Assembly (NCBI GenBank): GCA_026134085.1
Contig: JAOQIN010000014.1
Coordinates: 1 to 42,241, forward strand
Origin: Candidatus Methanoxibalbensis ujae
Lineage (GTDB): Archaea > Halobacteriota > Syntropharchaeia > Alkanophagales > Methanospirareceae
Length of the DNA: 42,241 nucleotides
Reading direction: 5' to 3'
In this document: one piece after another, positions 38,293 to 42,241 of the stretch
Layout: each line of letters opens with the position of its first letter
Position numbering within the stretch: position 1 is the first letter of the stretch
Made by a program: the position numbers and the translations under genes
Notes under the pieces: generated by a model
Database searches by the model: none
The model's input: only the letters and a program-made list of their open reading frames with translations
Told to the model about the DNA's origin: nothing

Positions 38293-38618
38293 TGCATAGC
38301 TCTGATGAAGAAGGGAAAAGGATTCAAAATGGAGATGAACTGCATTGGCTGGCTCACCGCAGACCACAAACCATATGGGCGCAGGCTCGTTTTCTTTAAT
38401 TAATTGAGTTAAATTGAGAAATTTAAATTGAGAAATTTACAACCCGCCCACACCGTGAATAAATTCATATCATAACTTAGCAACATGTAGGAGATGTCTG
38501 AAGTATAATTGTTTGCGTAATGTGCGGCGCAGCAGAGGCGGACAAACATTTTTATATTTTCGCTCAGAAAAAAGAGCGAACAGAGAGGGAGAGAAGAGAG
38601 CATGAGGGAGGATGTGCC

Positions 38619-39083
38619 ATGGCGAGGATGTATTCGCGGAGGAAAGGGAAATCAGGGTCAAAAAAGCCTTTCAATCCCGATAAGACACCGCCCGAATGGT
38701 GTGAGATGAGTGCACAGGAGGTTGAGGAGAAGGTCGTTGAGCTTTTCAAGCAGGGCTATTCCACCGCTGATATCGGTATGATACTGCGAGACAGCTATGG
38801 AGTTCCTGATGTGCGTCTGGTCACAGGCAAAAAAATGCTTCAGATATTGAGGGAGCGAGGTTTGGCGCCTGAAATTCCGGAGGATCTGCAGAATTTGATT
38901 AAAAAAGCGATAAGATTGAGGAGACATCTCGAAACACATCGCAAGGACATGCATAACAAGTATGCGCTGAATCTCGTGGAATCAAAGATAAGGCGTCTTG
39001 AGAAATACTACAGGCGTGAAGGAGTGCTACCCGAAGATTGGAAATACACGCCTGAGAGCGCTGAATTAATGCTGAGACGGTGA
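38619..39083 (+). CDS. rps15: 30S ribosomal protein S15 (uS15)
   Basis: [38 protein letters not shown]. Confidence 0.97.
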   Translation: MARMYSRRKGKSGSKKPFNPDKTPPEWCEMSAQEVEEKVVELFKQGYSTADIGMILRDSYGVPDVRLVTGKKMLQILRERGLAPEIPEDLQNLIKKAIRLRRHLETHRKDMHNKYALNLVESKIRRLEKYYRREGVLPEDWKYTPESAELMLRR

Positions 39084-39241
39084 AATCATTCTGCGATGTG
39101 GCGAGGTGGCGGGAGTTGGAGGGGTGGAGCGGCATGAGTGGTGCAGTGGTGCGATTGGTGCGATTGAACAGAGATATGGAAGATGGAACACAGGAGGGTG
39201 ACGGATGGGGAGATATAGGGAAAGGGAAGGAGGTGTTTTGA

Positions 39242-39481
39242 ATGAACGAATATCTTGAGCTTCTGATAGGTATTGTTCTGGCCGTGATCGGTGCATTTGG
39301 CATATACTATTTTTTGGGTGATGTGATCACCGTTCTGAAAGGGGTGATAGGCATAATTGTGTTGCTTGTCGGCGCGCTTTTCCTCATGATAGGTGTGAGC
39401 GACATAAGGAGCAGGCGTGAGGAGATGGGTGCGGCGGAAGTGGAACCCTCTGAGGAAGGAAGCAGCGAACCTGGAAGGTGA
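39242..39481 (+). CDS. Small two-TM membrane protein
   Basis: 79 aa, two hydrophobic helices, acidic tail, GGAGGTG SD; abuts rps17e. Confidence 0.75.
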   Translation: MNEYLELLIGIVLAVIGAFGIYYFLGDVITVLKGVIGIIVLLVGALFLMIGVSDIRSRREEMGAAEVEPSEEGSSEPGR

Positions 39482-39706
39482 ATGGTGTTGGGGACGGTAA
39501 AGCCTACATATGTGAAGAAGATGGCGAAATTGCTGCTTGAGAAAGTGAATTCGTTCACTGAGGACTTCGAGGAAAACAAGAAACTGGTGGAGCAATATCT
39601 GAACACAGACAGCAAAGAAGTGCGGAACAGAGTTGCAGGATACATAACACGCATCAAAAGACATGGAAAACCGGAGGTATGGGGGGAGAAGAAGCCGCTT
39701 GCGTGA
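39482..39706 (+). CDS. rps17e: 30S ribosomal protein S17e
   Basis: GTVKPTYVK, FTEDFEENK, SKEVRNRVAGYITR. Confidence 0.96.
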   Translation: MVLGTVKPTYVKKMAKLLLEKVNSFTEDFEENKKLVEQYLNTDSKEVRNRVAGYITRIKRHGKPEVWGEKKPLA

Positions 39707-39796
39707 AGCGCTGCTTGTGCGTGATTTGCGTGATTTCGTGATTTAACAATGTTTATTATAGATGGTGTTTCATAAATGACTGGAGGAGTATGAGAA

Positions 39797-40687
39797 ATGA
39801 TTGAAGGAGTTTTTCCCGCGTTGATAACACCGTTCACGAGGGATGACGAGCTTGATGAGGGAGGTCTGCGGCGTATCGTTGAGTATGTGGAAGAGGGAGG
39901 TGTGGACGGCATAGTTCCCTGCGGAACGACAGGTGAATCCGCAACACTGTCATTTGAGGAGCACAAGCGGGCGGTTGAGGTTGTGATAGACTGCGCAAAG
40001 ACAAAAGTCATTGCGGGAACAGGTTCAAACAGCACATCAGAGGCGCTGGAACTCACGAAGCATGCCGCCGACGCAGGTGCGGATGCATGTCTCCTCATCA
40101 CTCCCTACTACAACAAACCAAACAAAAGGGGGCTTATAGAACATTTCAAGCGCATTTCAGATGCTGTTGACATACCTTTGATACTCTACAACATCCCATC
40201 ACGCACGGGACTGAACATGACTGCTGATGTAGTCGTTCAACTTGCATCTGAAACTGAGAACATAAAAGGTATAAAGGAGGCTTCAGGCGACCTGAAACAG
40301 GTGCAGCACATAATAAAAGAGGTCAGAGAGAGAGATATTGATTTCACTGTTATATCCGGAGACGATATTCTCACGATTCCCATAATGAGCGTCGGAGGGA
40401 AGGGTGTCATATCTGTAATCGCAAACATACTTCCGCGGGAGACATCCGAAATGGTTCATGCGATGCTCAAAGGCGATTATGCAAAAGCACTTGAAATGAA
40501 CTACAGGCTTCTACCGCTCATAGACGCGATGTTTCTTGAGACGAACCCAATCCCCGTGAAGCGTGCAGCGGAGCTCATAGGTCTTCCGGCAGGTCATACG
40601 AGATTGCCACTCGGCGGACTGAGTGAGGAAAACGAGAGAAAACTGAGAGAAGTGTTGAAGTCATTCGGATTGACGCTTCATGCCTGA
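39797..40687 (+). CDS. dapA: 4-hydroxy-tetrahydrodipicolinate synthase
   Basis: ALITPF, GTTGES, TPYYNKP, YNIPSRTG, GIKEASG, SGDD, ETNPIPVK. Confidence 0.97.
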   Translation: MIEGVFPALITPFTRDDELDEGGLRRIVEYVEEGGVDGIVPCGTTGESATLSFEEHKRAVEVVIDCAKTKVIAGTGSNSTSEALELTKHAADAGADACLLITPYYNKPNKRGLIEHFKRISDAVDIPLILYNIPSRTGLNMTADVVVQLASETENIKGIKEASGDLKQVQHIIKEVRERDIDFTVISGDDILTIPIMSVGGKGVISVIANILPRETSEMVHAMLKGDYAKALEMNYRLLPLIDAMFLETNPIPVKRAAELIGLPAGHTRLPLGGLSEENERKLREVLKSFGLTLHA

Positions 40688-40711
40688 ACATAGCGCGACA
40701 CAACAACCCTC

Positions 40712-41107
40712 TCAACAGATCTCAACAAAACCCTCAGTTGCGTTTACCAAGACTGTTTCTCCTCCATTCAAATTTAAATCCATTTCAATCATCGGAATTT
40801 CAGCTATTATCGCACCAACAGCCACTATTGTGTCAGCTTTTCGCACGATCATCGCTCGCGGATGCTTTCCATGCAGTTTGAGCTGATATATGACATATGA
40901 GCCCACTGTGGAGCCTTTCCCCCCGTCAAACACGAGAATTTTGCCAGCTACGCACTTGCCGAATATGTCAAGCGATGGGTCAACGACAGTTCCGCTCTTC
41001 GGATCCACACCTCCGAGGAATGATATCCTGTGCGATGAAAACAGCACCTCTCCCTTTGCAACGCCTTTCACAACACTTCTCCCATAAAAACGCCTCGCTT
41101 CTGGCAT
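40712..41107 (-). CDS. AcnX swiveling small subunit (DUF126; phosphomevalonate dehydratase small subunit)
   Basis: ISFLGGVDP, GKILVF..GKGSTVGS, IVAVGAIIAEIP; likely start 41107. Confidence 0.9.
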   Translation of the reverse strand: MPEARRFYGRSVVKGVAKGEVLFSSHRISFLGGVDPKSGTVVDPSLDIFGKCVAGKILVFDGGKGSTVGSYVIYQLKLHGKHPRAMIVRKADTIVAVGAIIAEIPMIEMDLNLNGGETVLVNATEGFVEIC

Positions 41108-41396
41108 TGTTATTAACTTTTTTCTTTGTTCTATCCGCACATATCTTCATTCTATCTGCACATATCTTCACGGTTCTTAAAAACCCAGCGAGCCTTCAGA
41201 ACCAAGATTCAAATCTACTTCCAAGTTCCTTATCCGAAATCAAAGCCTGCCGTTCCAAGTTCCTTAACGAAAGTCCTGCGTTCCCGCCGTCCTGCTGTGA
41301 GTGTTCGTATGCACCCGCCGCGAAGAAGGAATGAATATGCGGTGGGTCGTTCGGGTTCAATTCCGTTCAATTCCCGCCATCCTCCCCCCCCCCGCA

Positions 41397-41521
41397 AGTG
41401 TGAGTGTCCGTGAGTGTGAGTATGTGTAATTGTGTGTAAGTGACTGTGAGCGTGACTGTGAGTGACTGTGAGCGAGTGTGTGAGTGTGTGTAAGTGTGAG
41501 TGTGTTTGAGGCGTGAGTGAG
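41397..41521. repeat. GT/GA-rich microsatellite-like tract ((gtga/gtgt)n)
   Basis: About 125 nt of gtgagtgtgagt / gtgactgtgagc units. Confidence 0.9.
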
Positions 41522-41705
41522 AAAAAAACAGAAAATAAAATGTCCCGAAATGCCAGGTCCCGAACGAACCCAAAAACTACCTGAGCGTTCCTAAACCAAA
41601 GCGTTCATTCTGTGGTGGGAGAAACTTGAGAGCCGCAAAGTTCCACATGTCATGCTGTCTCCTCCACAAGACTTTTGGCTATTTCTACAAAAACTTCCTC
41701 CCCCT

Positions 41706-41831
41706 TCACCCAACTCCTAAATACTTCATCTTCTCATTTGACCACAACTTATAACGACTCTCGCAGTAACTGTTCCCAGCATAAATGTACTCAGCCTCCC
41801 TCCCACACCACAAACACTTAAGCCCTCTCAT
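41706..41831 (-). CDS. Small Zn-finger-like ORF (41 aa), possibly degenerate
   Basis: MRGLKCLWCGREAEYIYAGNSYCESRYKLWSNEKMKYLGVG*; AAGGAG upstream; CxxC...CxxR. Confidence 0.4.
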   Translation of the reverse strand: MRGLKCLWCGREAEYIYAGNSYCESRYKLWSNEKMKYLGVG

Positions 41832-42043
41832 CTTGTTCTCTCCTTTTCTTCAGATGTTATAATAGACACATATACATATAACATCACGAATGCAAAACAC
41901 GCAATCAAAACATTCCTCATAGCTTATTAGCATTGGGACTTTACCTCTATCACTTCTTAAGTTTTTTGGAAAGATTTTAGTTGCATCCTTTTTCGCTGCT
42001 GTGAGGATGCTGTCGTTTGCTCGTTTTCAGGACCGTAAGTGTG

Positions 42044-42241
42044 ATAGGGTCGCAGGCTTGTGTTGTTGTGAGCGCAGGACCGCCAGGTGCTGGTAAATCC
42101 AGCGGCGAGTGTCGCAGACTACCTGATTGAGCGAGGTTTTCTCGTGAAGACGATGGAGAGCCCTCGCGACCTGATGGTCCGCGATGAGATCACGCAGTAT
42201 GCACCGCTTGATGGAAGCATGGCTCTTACCGCAGACATATT
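42044..42241 (+). pseudogene. Frameshifted, 5'-truncated fragment of the archaeal PIN-ATPase-KH (PINA) gene; runs off the right edge
   Basis: AGPPGAGKS (42074-42100), then in a shifted frame AASVADYLIERGFLVKTMESPRDLMVRDEITQYAPLDGSMALTADI, matching the PINA signature VKTMESPRDL..EITQY. No PIN domain upstream. Confidence 0.8.

Noticed and set aside
41300..41395. tRNA gene or tmRNA 3' end
   Set aside because: Only a T-arm-like piece with an internal duplication; no matching acceptor 5' strand, D-arm or anticodon arm.
41210..41400. Chromosomal origin with ORB elements
   Set aside because: The repeats do not match the TTCCAGTGGAAA ORB core and there is no cdc6/orc1 in the window; kept only as an unspecified structured region.

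Overview
Archaeal chromosomal segment with a methanogen/ANME-type gene set: ftr-like, purP-like, taw1, rpl40e, rps15, rps17e, pcc1, cheF and GGAGGTGA Shine-Dalgarno sites. The lineage is probably ANME-1/Syntropharchaeia-like, but this is inferred, not proven. From left to right: (1) a secreted cohesin-domain protein (runs off the left edge) directly downstream of a large secreted beta-propeller/CARDB/beta-helix protein ending in a dockerin and interrupted by a 100-N gap; (2) a divergent cbiB/cobD; (3) an AT-rich, tightly coupled type III-B operon cmr1-cas10-cmr3-cmr4-cmr5-cmr6-csx1 downstream of rpl40e, with no array, cas6, cas1/2 or ring nuclease in the window; (4) housekeeping and C1/metal genes: taw1, a CoA-disulfide-reductase-like flavoprotein, purP-like, an Ftr paralog, an ABC binding protein, pcc1, a glycosyltransferase and a GXGXG protein-cooT-ccmB cluster; (5) an AT-rich decayed stretch containing an hsdR C-terminal relic; (6) a Ca-binding-repeat surface protein and a chemotaxis operon (soluble PAS MCP, cheW, F, Y, B, A, C, D; no cheR); (7) rps15, rps17e, dapA and the AcnX small subunit; (8) a repeat-rich region and a frameshifted PINA-type ATPase fragment at the right edge. 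Short tandem duplications are pervasive in spacers and inside genes. All calls come from reading motifs by eye; no database searches were run.
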